Assembly (NCBI GenBank): GCA_965649825.1
Contig: OZ287696.1
Coordinates: 787,101-851,100 of the forward strand
Origin: Penicillus capitatus
Lineage: Eukaryota; Plantae; Chlorophyta
Direction: 5' to 3'
Length of the DNA: 64,000 bases
Position 1 is the first letter of the stretch, and every line of letters begins with the position of its first letter. The translations under genes and the position numbers were made by a program. Below the pieces are notes generated by a model. That model saw only the letters and a list, made by a program, of their open reading frames with translations, made no database searches and had not been told where the DNA came from. Shown in pieces: positions 11,965-24,453 of this stretch.

Positions 11965-13792
11965 ATGATCGGCCTGCGGACGACAGAAATCCGTTCGCGT
12001 TCACCTTTCGTGGGCGGCAGACAACGAACGAGGCCCATCTGCTCAGCAATCGAGAACAGCCGCCCCAAGATCGTCGTCGTTGGCGGCGGCTGGGCAGGTC
12101 AGACCTTGCGGTGCGCACTTAGGTCTTCTCAACGTCGTGTGTCTGCAGGATTTGGTGCAGCGAAGCATCTCACGTCTGAAGGCTATGATGTTACTCTTCT
12201 CGATGCCGCAGCCAACCCTGGAGGACTGTCCACCGGATTTCGCACTCCACAGGGGCGTGCAGTCGAGGCAGGAATGAAGGGATTTTGGTATCAGGTAAGC
12301 TGCGACTGTTATGGAGTGAGATCTACGACAATGAACTGTGCAGTACCATAACATCTTCGCTCTGGTTCGAGAGCTTGGCATCGAGAATCCGTTTACGGAA
12401 TTCACACGGAGTGGCTTCTGGTGTCCAGAAGGACTGACAACAGAAGGGCCTGTCTTTTCAAAGCTCCCCCAGTATCCAACATTGCTTGGCCAATTCATCC
12501 ACACGACACAGCTCTTCAAGTCTATCAATGGAGCCCGTGCCTCTTTTCTTAGTGTGGCTGTGGTTCAGGCGTGTGAGTTTGGTGGATCAGCTGAGCATGT
12601 TTAACATGCTTTTGCCAGTGGTGGACTTCAACAGCGATCCAGCGACGTACCAGCGGTACGATCAGATGACGGCCAGGGAGCTCTTTAACAAAACAGGCAT
12701 CTCAAAGAATCTCTACACCGAGTTTCTGAAGCCTCTCTTGCTGGTGGGTCTGTTCGCTCCTCCTGAAGAGATCTCTGCCGCTTCGATGATGGAGACGATG
12801 TATTTCTATGCTCTGGCCCATCAGAATGATTTTGATATCTGCTGGTGCAAAGGATCTGTTACCGAACGGATCTTTGCTCCGCTGGTGGATCGCATCCGGA
12901 GCGCAGGGGGTCGTGTCATTGGCAATCGCATTGTGACCGATCTTGAAACAGATGCCGAAGGAATTGTGAAGTCCGTCAAGGCTCAAGATGTGCAGACAGG
13001 TACGGAGACCGTCTACGAAGCCGATGCCGTGATTCTGGCCGTTAGCATCAAGGGAATGAAACGACTGATGCGCACATGTGACACACTGGCAGGGCGAGAA
13101 GAGTTTCAACGGATCATGAATCTAAAGGGCATCGATGTTATGGCAACGCGTCTGTGGTTTGACAAAGACATCGAAACGAGATTCCCTTCAAACGTTCTCG
13201 CCCGTTTTGAACAGGATGTGGGTGGCACCTATTTCAATCTGTCACAGCTTCAGGTCAGCCCCTCCGATCTCATCTTGAAGAAAATGCATGCGTGTGGTAG
13301 GATGAGTACAAAGAGGAGAAAGGATCCGTCATCGCAGCAGATTTTTACCATTCCAATCCGATGATGCCCCGCACCGATGAACAGATCTTGACAGATGTTC
13401 AGTCTTATCTCAGTACATGTGAGCCCGCCTTTGCCTCGGCGAATCTCATCGATGGCGCCGTGTTGCGATTCTACGGTGCCGTCACGCACTTCAGTCCTGG
13501 ATCTTTCGCATCACGTCCTTTTCAGGAGACCACTCTACCGAATCTCTTCTTGGCCGGGGACTGGGTCAAAGGTGTTCCTCACGGTGCCAACGGACTGTCG
13601 CAGGAACGCGCCTATGTCACTGGACTGATCGCAGCGAACAAAGTGATCGAACGGTGCATGAAGGGATCGCCTGCCGCAATTCTGGACGTCCAACCAGACG
13701 AGCCACACATTGCTGCGTTAAAGACACTTAACAGAGAGATCAAGGACAGGATAAGGGGTTTGGGATTAGATTCCGTTCTTCTTCCTTGGTGA
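11965..13792 (+). CDS. FAD-dependent oxidoreductase, amine-oxidase / carotene-desaturase-like (cyanobacterial type)
   Basis: KIVVVGGGWAG/FGAA (GxGxxG), LLDAAANPGGL, AGMKGFWYQ/YHNIF, NLFLAGDWV, GLSQERAYVTGLIAAN; four GT-AG introns. Confidence 0.86.
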
Positions 13793-14015
13793 CTGCTTCT
13801 CATTTTTTAAGCTATCCTCTCTCGAACATTCTTTAAACTCACATCCCTTTTCACGAATCAACTGTATCCAGCAATGACAGTATCCTTTGAAGTAAAAGGG
13901 TGTGTTAGAAAAAAGCACGTCGTTGATAGTCTTCGTCTCTAGCGGACATTCGAGAAAACAACCTGGGATGAAAGATGAAGCAGCCGAGATCGCGATCCTC
14001 ACCATCATCAGCATC
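13679..14015 (+). repeat. left copy of ~340-bp diverged direct repeat (oxidoreductase 3' end plus decayed TFIIIC 3' end)
   Basis: Colinear with ~52998-53335; the minus-strand peptide AISAASSFIPGCFLECPLETKTINDVLFSNTPFYF matches the TFIIIC C-terminus IAAASVSSLIPGCLHKNLPKAKTVNETCYFANAPFCF. Confidence 0.85.
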
Positions 14016-14369
14016 ACCCCTGTGGTTCACCGCCTCCCATTCAACCGACCTCTGGTGATGGCAAACATAAGTCGAAGTCATCACAGACGCTGGATGTCAT
14101 GCCACGACATGTCTGGAGATCTCTGTCGAAAGCAAGACACGTGGAGTGGTCCATGCCTTCTTCGCATCGCTCATCTGGCGATGCATGTTGCCTGCCCTTC
14201 CATGCCGTCGATCTCAGTTTTCGTTCGTGGTGATCGAAACGCGGGATTGGCTGCGGACGCGCTTAGATACCGAGGCCGGCTGTTAACATCACGTCGGCAA
14301 ACAAAAATCTACAGAAAATTGTCCATTTTGATGTATATTTAAGCGACTGTGCGTTTGTTCGTTCGTTTG

Positions 14370-14432
14370 CTCTTGCGAACTGAGTTTCCCCGCGAACTCT
14401 TGCGAACTGAGTTTCCCCGCGAACTCTTGCGA
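14370..14432. repeat. 27-bp tandem repeat (CTCTTGCGAACTGAGTTTCCCCGCGAA x2 plus partial)
   Basis: Directly visible, just upstream of the ATG at 14475. Confidence 0.9.
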
Positions 14433-14474
14433 CAACTTTGCGAACAGCGACTTTTCCGCGTTCTCCTTTTCAGG

Positions 14475-17400
14475 ATGGATCACGAAGCCAGCGGTAAACG
14501 TAAACGTTCTCCGCAGTCGCCTTCAAGTCCGCCAACGAACCGTCCGCGGCGCAATCCCGTCGAGACGACGGCGCCGCCCTGTCGACAGCCCCTTCAGACG
14601 CTACTGCAGATCCTCACGTTGTTGAAGGCGGCCTTACCTGGGGATGGGCCATTCGAAGATGCCTGGTACGACACGGTACTAGAGCATGCGCGGTCAGACA
14701 AGCCACAGGCGAAACGTCTGGCCGCGCAGCTATTAATCCGAATGGCTCCAAAGTACCCAGGTAAGATCGAGACGACAGTGGCGGCGCTGATCAACATCAG
14801 CGCCTGGCGGCCGGAGACACGAAGCGAGCACCAACGCAGTCTCTGTGAAGAGACGCGTTTCAAGGCACTGGCCATCTTCGACGATATGCTGGATTGGACG
14901 ACGCTGGAAGTGAGGCCTCAATTCATGAAGATCATCCTGCATCTCTTCCGGTAAGCGACTTCGCACCGAACTTTATGATGTGACGTCTGTAATCCTAGGC
15001 AATCGTCCAAACTCCGCAGGTACATGAAGGACACATATACCAGCCTCGGGATCGACATTGAGCTGCTTCCTGGACGCGAGTGCTGGACAATTCTGGATGT
15101 CCTGGCCAAAGGACTTACACGCTACCCCAGAGAAATCCTGTCTGAGTGCCTTCGCATCTGGACCGACATGTCCGAGCCGTATCATCAATCGGCTTATGAC
15201 TTCTTCCATCGCATCCTGCTGCCAACGGAGACATCAGATCAATACACTCTGGCGTACGAGATCCACAAATCCGATAAAGATCTCCGCACCTGGACACTCG
15301 ACAGGATCGACAGCGTCAACGAAAGTGAGATCCACAGTGATGTGACGCGACGTGACTGATGTGTTTTGTGTGACCTGTGTAGGCAGACAGCTCATGGAGT
15401 GTCCGGACTCCCCTCAGTACATGGAGCATGTGCATAACCTGCAGCCTGTTCTTAGGAATCTGGATACTCGCCCTTCTCAGAAGAAGAGATCCAGAAACGA
15501 TGCATCCACATCGACTTCAGATCTACATCCTCAGGAAGAAGAGACGACTCAGGAACGTCGTGTGAAGCCGAGATCTCTGTCCTTGTCTGCCCCGGACGCG
15601 TGCGATGCATCAATGAAAGATATTACTGGAGACAGTACAGACGAGCAAGCTCAGAAAAAATCCAAAACATCCACAACATCGGAGGCTCATGAAAGTAACG
15701 CGGCATCCAAGGACAAAAACACGAACACAGCAACCCAAAGTAAAGAGAACCTGTCGTGTAACCATGGTGGAAATTGCTTTTTCATTATAGAAGCGGATTC
15801 CATTAGTGAAGAATCTCTGGAAAAGCCAGAAGACAACTACTATCCTGCGCAAACATCAAGCCATAGAGAAGACGCTCCTAAAACAGAAACAAAAACAAAC
15901 ATAGAGGACAAGAAACCTGAAGCTGGAGATACCCGCTCTTCGAGTTCTAGAGAAAAACCTGTCATCGAGTCTTTGACAGTCCCAGCAACCGAAGTAGAAG
16001 AGCAACAGCCTGGACACCAAAATGCACCATCAAGCCATAGAGAAGACGCTCCTAAAACAGAAACAAAAACAAACATAGAGGACAAGAAACCTGAAGCTGG
16101 AGATACCCGCTCTTCGAGTTCTAGAGAAAAACCTGTCATCGAGTCTTTGACAGTCCCAGCAACCGAAGTAGAAGAGCAACAGCCTGGACACCAAAATGCA
16201 CCATCAAGCCATAGAGAAGACGCTCCTAAAACAGAAACAAAAACAAACGTAGAGGACAAGAAACCTAAAGCTGGAGATACCCACTCTTCGAGTTCTAGAG
16301 AAGAACCTGTGAGCGAGTCTTTGACAGTCCCAGCAACCGAAATAGAAGAGCAACAGCCTGGACACCAAAATGCACCATCAAGCCATAGAGAAGACGCTCC
16401 TACCGAATCTTCAACAGTGATGCCAGCTGATCTGGCGCAGAACCAACCGTTAGAAGAGCCTGCACATGTGTCCGTTGAAGCCTTGCCAGATGCTCCGGAG
16501 AGGCATCAATCTGTAGATGAAGATGTCTGGCAGAGTATTAGAGAAGGCATTGCTGCTGAGCCTTCAACAGCGATGATGATAGATGCGGAAGAAGAGCAAG
16601 CTGGACATGAAGAAACCTGTCCAGGCCACAGAGAATACCGCCATCTAGAGCCTCCAATGTTCATGGCACCTAATGTGGAGCAACAACCTGGACACCAAAA
16701 TGCACCATCAAGCCATAGAGAAGACGCTCCTACCGAATCTTCAACAGTGATGCCAGCTGATCTGGCGCAGAACCGACCAGTAGAAGAGCCTGCACATGTG
16801 TCCGTTGAAGCCCTGCCAGATGCTCCGGAGAGGCATCAATCTGTAGATGAAGATGTCTGGCAGAGTATTAGAGAAGGCATTGCTGCTGAGCCTTCAACAG
16901 CGATGATGATAGATGCGGAAGAAGAGCAAGCTGGACACGAAGAAACCTGTCCAGGCCACAGAGAATACCGCCATCTAGAGCCTCCAATGTTCATGGCACC
17001 TAATGTGGAGCAACAACCTGGACACCAAAATGCACCATCAAGCCATAGAGAAGACGCTCCTACCGAATCTTCAACAGTGATGCCAGCTGATCTGGCGCAG
17101 AACCGACCAGTAGAAGAGCCTGCACATGTGTCCGTTGAAGCCCTGCCAGATGCTCCGGAGAGGCATCAATCTGTAGATGAAGATGTCTGGCAGAGTATTA
17201 GAGAAGGCATTGCTGCTGAGCCTTCAACAGCGATGATGATAGATGCGGAAGAAGAGCAAGCTGGACATGAAGAAACCTGTCCAGGCCGCAGAGAATACCG
17301 CCATCTAGAGCCTCCAATGTTCATGGCACCTAATGTGGAGCAACAACCTGGACACGACTATGACCAGACGTCCCTCCTCATCGAAGAGCTTTCGCGTCTA

Positions 17401-19803
17401 TTCTCAACACCAGGCGCCTTGCCAACCGAGGAAGGACAGCATCGTCCTTTGCATGCAGCCCCGCCAGTGAGATTCATGCATTTGCATGAATACGAGGCCG
17501 CCCATCCCAGTGATTCCGATGATGAGTTACCAGACTACGATGACCCAGACGAAGCCGAGTTTGCCACACCGGAGCCTGACACATCAGAACATGCACAAGG
17601 CCCAGCCGCAGCCGAGGCCGGAACTCTAGTGCACGACAGTCCAATGAGCATGGTGGGTGATGATTTACATGGACATTTCGAGGCCGAGTTTGATGTCGAC
17701 ATTTCAGTGCACGACAGTCCATTGAGCAACGAAGGTCGTGATCATGTAGCTGCAGTTTTTGCAGCCATGTGGGCCGCAGCCGAAGCCGAGCTCTCCACAC
17801 CGGAACCTGGATCACCAGAGTATGTACCAGGCGAAGCCGAAGCCGAGTTCTCCACACCGGAACCTGGATCACCAGAGTATGTACCAGGCGAAGCCGAAGC
17901 CGAGTTCTCCACACCGGAACCTGGATCACCAGAGTATGTACCAGGCGAAGCCGAAGCCGAGTTCTCCACACCGGAACCTGGATCACCAGAGTATGTACCA
18001 GGCGAAGCCGAAGCCGAGTTCTCCACACCGGACCCTGCAGGAAGATACTCAGATCATCACCACTATCCTGAGCCTGTGTCACAAGAAGATACACAATATG
18101 AAGCTGAGTATGTCTCGCCGGATCCTGCAGGAAAACACTCAGATCATCAACGTCATGATGCGCATGTACCTGAGTCACATGAAGCCGTTCCAGCAGACGT
18201 TGATAATGTCACTCAACTGCACCAACTCCACCAGTTAAGCACCAGCGAAAACCCTGCACCAGAATTGCCAGAAAATATGACAGATGAAGCCCAACCTGGA
18301 CTCGTTACTCCAATGGCTTGCCGTCCATCAAGCCACATCGACGATCCTCTCCCAGAAGCTCCTGAAGCCGTGCAGATCAGAGTCGAAACTTTATTTGTCA
18401 ATCCCTTGTATCGCAACAGTCCATCGAGCCACATCCATGGCCCTGCATCAGAAACTCCTGAAGCCATACAGACATCAGACGCCATGCAGACCGAAGACGA
18501 AGCCCAACCTGGATTCGTTACTCCAATGGCGTGCAGTCCATCCAGCCACATCGATGATCGTCTCCCAGAAGCGTATAAAGCCATGCAGATTGAAGCCGAA
18601 ACTGGATTTGTCAATCCATTTCATCGCAACAGTCCATCGAGCTGCATCCATGATCCTGCATCAGAACCTTCCGAAGCCATGCAGAAATCATACGGCATGC
18701 AGAGCGAAGACGGAGCCCAACCTGGATTCGACACTCCAGTGAAGCGCCGTCTAGGAAGCCCCGTTGACAATTCTGTCCCAGAATGGCCAGAATCCATGTC
18801 AGATGAAGCATACCAAACTATGCTTGGAAAGAGGCCTGTGCATGAGACTGCCGATGATCTGCCATTAGATGCAGATCGACGCAGTCCTGCACATGGACAC
18901 AGCCATCCAAGCATGAGAACGACTTGCCCACAAGGGTCGTCTTCCTCGTTTCGACCTCCTGGAAGAAATGCTCCAGTAAACCCATTGGGTCCATCAACAT
19001 CTGGTGCAAATGCCCCAAGGGACCCAATGGCACCGTCAGGTTCTGGCGAGCAACCTGATGTCGAAATCATCAACCCTCTTCCCTCGTACTGGACAGGCAA
19101 ACAAGCATCGGGGCATGTCAGTCATGATGATGACATGATGAGCAATCTCGCTGCCTTCTCGATGTGCCAAGAAGATGGACAGGAAGATCCAGAAGAGTTC
19201 ATTCGGCAGCAATCTCTTCTTCTGGATGCCTACAGCAATGCTCGAGACCTCAAGGATCTGCAGCCCGCTGAACATCCCCCTCAGATGACCCAGCCAAATA
19301 TCCCTCAGCAGCCCGTTGACAATTCTGTCCCAGAATGGCCAGAAGATATGTCAGATGAAGCCCAACCTGGATTCGTCACTCCAGTGAAGCGCCGTCTAGG
19401 AAGCCCCGTTGACAATTCTGTCCCAGAATGGCCAGAATCCATGCCGGATGAAGCCCAACCTGGATTCGTCACTCCAGTGAAGCGCCGTCTAGGAAGCCCC
19501 GTTGACAATTCTGTCCCAGAATGGCCAGAAGATATGTCAGATGAAGCCCAACCTGGATTTGTCACTCCAGTGAAGCGCCGTCTAGGAAGCCGCATCCACG
19601 GTCCTGCATCAGAATGGCCAGAATCCATGCCGGATGAAGCCCAACCTGGATTCGTCACTCCAGTGAAGCACAGTCCATCAAGCCCCGTTGACAATTCTGT
19701 CCCAGAATGGCCAGAAGATATGTCAGATGAAGCCCAACCTGGATTCGACACTCCAGTGAAGCGCCGTCCAGCAAGCCACATCCATAGTCCTGCATCAGAA
19801 TGA
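14475..19803 (+). CDS. API5 (apoptosis inhibitor 5)-like N-terminal helical domain fused to ~1480 aa of acidic, Pro-rich tandem repeats
   Basis: WYDTVLEHARSDKPQAKRLAAQLLIRMAPKYP resembles the API5 N-terminus (KRLAAQ); introns 14951-15019 and 15325-15382 join it in frame to the 15352-19803 ORF. Confidence 0.6.
15856..16377 (+). repeat. coding tandem repeat A, 174 bp (58 aa) x3
   Basis: Unit starts TCAAGCCATAGAGAAGACGCTCC at 15856, 16030 and 16204; near-identical copies. Confidence 0.95.
16378..17355 (+). repeat. coding tandem repeat B, 330 bp (110 aa) x3
   Basis: Unit starts at 16378, 16708 and 17038; shares its first ~23 bp with repeat A. Confidence 0.95.
17779..18035 (+). repeat. coding tandem repeat C, 57 bp (AEAEFSTPEPGSPEYVPGE) x4 plus partial
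   Basis: Units at 17779, 17836, 17893, 17950 and 18007. Confidence 0.95.
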
Positions 19804-20040
19804 CCAGAATCCATGCCGGATGAAGCCCAACCTGGATTCGTCACTCCAGTGAAGCACAGTCCATCAAGCCCCGTTGACAATTCTGTCCCAGAATGGCTAG
19901 AAGATATGTCAGATGAAGCCCAACCTGGATTCGACACTCCAGTGAAGCGCCGTCCAGCAAGCCACATCCATGGTCCTGCATCAGAATGGCCAGAATCCAT
20001 GACAGATGAAGCATACCAAACTATGCTTGGAAAGAGGCCT
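19312..20040 (+). repeat. coding tandem repeat E, 93 bp (31 aa, PVDNSVPEWPEDMSDEAQPGFVTPVKRRLGS and variants) about x8
   Basis: Period 93 from 19312; alternating variants; one unit has TGG changed to TGA at 19801-19803. Confidence 0.92.
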
Positions 20041-21012
20041 GTGCACGAGTCTGCCGTCGATCTGCCATTAGATGCAGATCGACGCAGTCCTGCACGTAGC
20101 TACATCCATGTGCACGAGTCTGCCGTCGATCTGCCTCGATGCAGATCGGCGCAGTCCTGCACATGGAGGCAACTCAGAATGCCATAGCTACAGCCAATAG
20201 CTACTGCCATGTGCATGAGTCTGCCGTCGATCTGCCTTGATGCAGATCGGCGCAGTCCTGCACATGGCGTAACTATCCAAGCCTGAAACAACGCGCCTAC
20301 CCGAGTCATCCTCCGTGAAGGCAAAGCCGCTGGTGCCACTGCAAAATGCCCCATTCCATTACCTCCTCGACTCGCAATTGAATCAAGAACTCCCATGACG
20401 TCGGATTTTAGAATGGCCGAAAGCCCAGAGATCAAAGATTTCGAGTATCATTTTCTTCTACATCACTCCTACTGAGCCCAACCGCCTCTGTCATAAACTA
20501 CTGAGCCATCTGAAGGAACGCGAAGCCGCTGGTGTTCTGCATCTCCGATAATTCAACGCCACTCCCTATCTCATTCCTCTTTCAGAATCGAGTTTGACAG
20601 AATTTCCTGACACAGAGGATCCAATGAACAACGCCCTCATCTGTTTCCTGATTATGATGTGATGTGCGAGACTTTGCTGATGTCTGTGTGTCAAACATGT
20701 TTGTTTTTGATGTGACATTTGTTCAGACGCATCATCCATTGTTAATCAATTTTCAACTCAGTACGTGCGTTACGCAACCATGTTAAGCGACAGCGTTGCA
20801 GCGAAAGTCATCGCCGCACTCTTCTCTTGCGTCTCTGTCGGGATTTCTCTCAATCAGGTGTGTCTCTATCTGCGTCTATCGCGCCCATTTGACCTTCTGT
20901 CGCGTTCCACAGATTGTCATGCACTTGAAATTCTATACCGAGCCCGTCTTTCAAGTAATCTACTGCTCGGCTGACAGGTCACCCGACAGAGCTGGCGAGA
21001 GGATCTTGTGAA
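20040..21012 (+). repeat. 3' tail and downstream region of the API5-like gene, duplicated at ~42650-43500
   Basis: Shared CATGAGTCTGCCGTCGATCTGCC...GCAGTCCTGCAC units and a near-identical segment 20680-21010 vs 43165-43500. Confidence 0.88.
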
Positions 21013-24000
21013 GCAATGCTTGCCCCTTCGTTTGTCGCAAGATTCGTTAAAGATACACAGGCCTCCTGGACCCTTGCGTCTGAAAGGGGATAATCTAGGT
21101 GTGGTCCTACTGTTCTCCCCGTTTCTAACAGTATGAAAACAATGTCGGTGGAGTACGTTGTTTTGCTGTTGATGGTCACTAACGCGGAGTCTTCAACGAA
21201 GTCATGGTTCCGTGAAAGACGCGCTGCTATCACATGTACCGCACATGCGACAAGATAACAACCCATAGGTGTCTGCGCCATGCATCTTTTTTAGTGTGAA
21301 TTGTCCTGTTCCAATGGTTCAGCTATATACATGTCTGACGGTCCTCCTGAGAAGAACAGTGTCGGCTGAGGTTCACATGTCAGGTGAACGAACGTCGCAA
21401 AGTGATGCAAGGTTACGGCGTTTCATGGTGAATGGATCTCCCGCACCTACCTTCGTCACAGAGGAGAAGCGCAACCACGCTTGTGCGTCGACTGGATGTA
21501 CCCTGCCTACGTCAGATGTTGTTCACTTTGAGATCGCGAGTAGTCAATGTGAGTAGTGGGACTCGGTATTGGACGGAGTCGCTCGAGTGACTCATCTGTG
21601 CGCATCTAAGGCAGGTATGATACAATGTGTGTCTCTCTCTGGCCGTGGGCCACGTCACTGAACATTCTGCAGAAGTGTAAGAAGGAGCCGCGATCAAACG
21701 TCACAAGATCCGATTTCGCTCAAGCACCGTGAGAGACAACCTCGTATTCCTGGCTCTCTGACCGCCCTCCTTCGAGACGATCTGATTAGCACGTCTTCAA
21801 GTCATAGGTTTCGTACTCAAAGGAGTCTCCTTCCATCCGTCCCACAAAGCACGGAGACAGGGAGACATGGTGAGGTTCAATACAAAGAAAGGAAGGCCAG
21901 CCCAGCAGAGCCGGATGTGCGATGTGCATCGCATCGGATCAAGAACACTTTGACAGTCGAAAGCAGTATAGCAACGGAAACCTTTGCTCATCGATCCCGG
22001 ATGTGGCAGTAGGGAATAAGTTGCCTGTCAGGATGAGGGAAAGACGGTCGGTGATCTCGATGCAAGGGTACGCTGTTCACTTCCGAGTGCTGTCTCGAGG
22101 AAGTAGGGGCTTCACTTCATCCCCCGCAGGGGTACTTCAAATCGATAGAGAAGGCTGACATGCCATGAGAATCGACGGTGCAGTTACGAAGTGGTGATGC
22201 GGCTTCGAGTCCACGACGTGAGTGCTTCAAAAGGGCCTCTACTGTCGACTATCTCAATCTTAGAACGTACCTGGCAACGTTTACGGCGTGACAGTGGTCC
22301 TGCGCCGACAACTTCTTCTCTCTGTCTCCGACCCGGATGCATCACGCAGTCGCAGTGGACTACCTGCGCCTTGTCGCTCGCGCTGCGATCAGTCCGCTCA
22401 GGAGAGTGGGATAGGTCACTACTTCGCTGCGGGAGGTGATGGAATCTGTAACTGCCGTGAGAACACGGGCGACGACGGGTTTCTCCGCCGCTGCTCTTTC
22501 GACCACGACGGCCAGGATATTATCGGCGATGCCGTTCAACCTGAAACGATTCTCGAGAGATTTCGCCAGGCTCTTCACGGCGGTATCCTGCGACGTTGGC
22601 GCCGTCGATGACGACGGTGTCATGGTTCAGCCGAAGGTCCGTTTTCACTCGCCGTATCCGCTGCCGAATCTCTGACCTGCCCCACAGTCGTCGCGATATT
22701 CCTTCGATGACGTCGCCGAAGTTCCCGAGTCAGAGCGTCTGGGTGTACAGGGAATGCGTCCCAAGCACTCACTGTCTGGCGAAAATGCGCGATGCGGCGG
22801 TGCTCTACGCCCAGGCTCCGAACTACTGGCTGCCAAAGGTCCTCGCTGGATCGATGTTCGTCCATGAGAAACTGGGTGTCCAATGCGCATGATGCCCTGG
22901 TGAGCGACCTCGAGCGTCGGATGCTGACGCCTGCCGAATCTGCCATCTGACACCTGTATCGTGCGGTCGCAGAGCACCGACTGCCTTCGGACTGCGCCGG
23001 TGCCGAATGGTAGGTCCAAGTAGAAACGAATGGCATTCGCGAGACAGAAGAGGCTCACGCGCCACACTGCCTTTCGAAATCTACAAAGACAGTGCTGGAA
23101 TGGCGGTTCACTTCGACAAGGACGAGACGCTTGCAAGTCTGATCGGGACATGAAACACCCGTATCTGTCTTTTATCTCCTCTACCTGACATGCTCGGACC
23201 AGGATCGACAAGGCAAGGCAAAATGCACGTTGAAATTAGAAAACAGATGACGAAGGACGCATCGTGCACCGTCATCCTGGACCATAGATTCGATGCGAAG
23301 AGGGACGTCACCTGATCCAGAATCGCCTGTAAACTGCGTCTCCCGCCGTCAGCCGTCAAGTACTGCGTCTTCAACAGAGCCCTGGGCCACCGCGCCTTAA
23401 ACAGGCCTCCAACATCGAGCGAACAATGACCTTGCTCGTGAACTGGTGGAAAGTGAAGCTTTTCCGTCAGTCATGTCGTCTTCGCTTGCGCCAGGACGAC
23501 ACCCTTTCCCCGTAGGCCGTTTGTCGATCATCGGAAGGAGAAGTAGAAGAACTACACATAACGAAGGCAAAAGTGTGGGGGCATGCCGCTCCCTTTCATC
23601 ATAGGGATGCCTTGTCTTGAGTCGCTGCTACGTCAGTAGTGGAACCAATGACAGATCCATCCATCCGTATCCCCCGCGAAGACGAGGACGTCGGGGAGTG
23701 CGACATTCTGGCGGGTCCCTCTGGAGATGTGTTCGGTTGAGATGCGCATCTTCTCGACGCATTGGCGAGAATGCTGTCCAGGCAGTCAGTGTGACATACG
23801 AGCGCCGTGATTTTCGCTGCGTCGACCCGTCGAAGAAGAACCGCGACATTGCAAAGAAGCTTTTCATTCCCGCCGCTTTTGTCGCCGAGAACATCGAGAT
23901 AGATCTGTGGAGACGGCGCCCTTCAACGGAACGCAGTGCACGTGACAGAGACGTGTCCCAATGTGTGGTACATTGATTTCTGCTTCGTAGCTTCCGTTCG

Positions 24001-24453
24001 CTGTCGCAGAAAAAAGGGCTCATACGTCGCGAATTCTGCAAAGCCGACATCCCTCTCGCCACGGGGACCAGGATATTCGGCACCACATCGAGTGCTTGCG
24101 TCCACATCGCAGGGCCTCACAGAACAAACCCGCCGGTGCGGAATCGGTGACCGCGTTCGATATTCGCACACTCTCTTTGAAGTATGAGATTCCCACTCAC
24201 ACTTCTGTAAAAAAAGAACTTACGTACGTGTCTCGCTCACTGCTTTGTTGTTTATATTCTCGCGCCGAACGAACGCTGCACGGATTATTCGAAACTTGCT
24301 CCGTTCACACCACTGTCAGCTGGACCAGCTGCTGCTTCAGCCTTCTCAGACCAGTCGAACGAGCCTCGTCTCTTCGACCTTGAGACACGCGGTGGGAACC
24401 TCGTCGCCGTTGGGAGTTGTGCTAGAGGGTCGTGGCAGTTCATCTCCGTTTGC

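Noticed and set aside
15856-20040. Regular repeats that might suggest a CRISPR array
   Set aside because: Head-to-tail coding repeats with no unique spacers, eukaryotic context, no cas genes
22592-22618. VVIDGANV, resembling a NYN/PIN nuclease motif
   Set aside because: Lies in a short frame bounded by stops, with no other NYN acidic motifs; a different frame looks more protein-like
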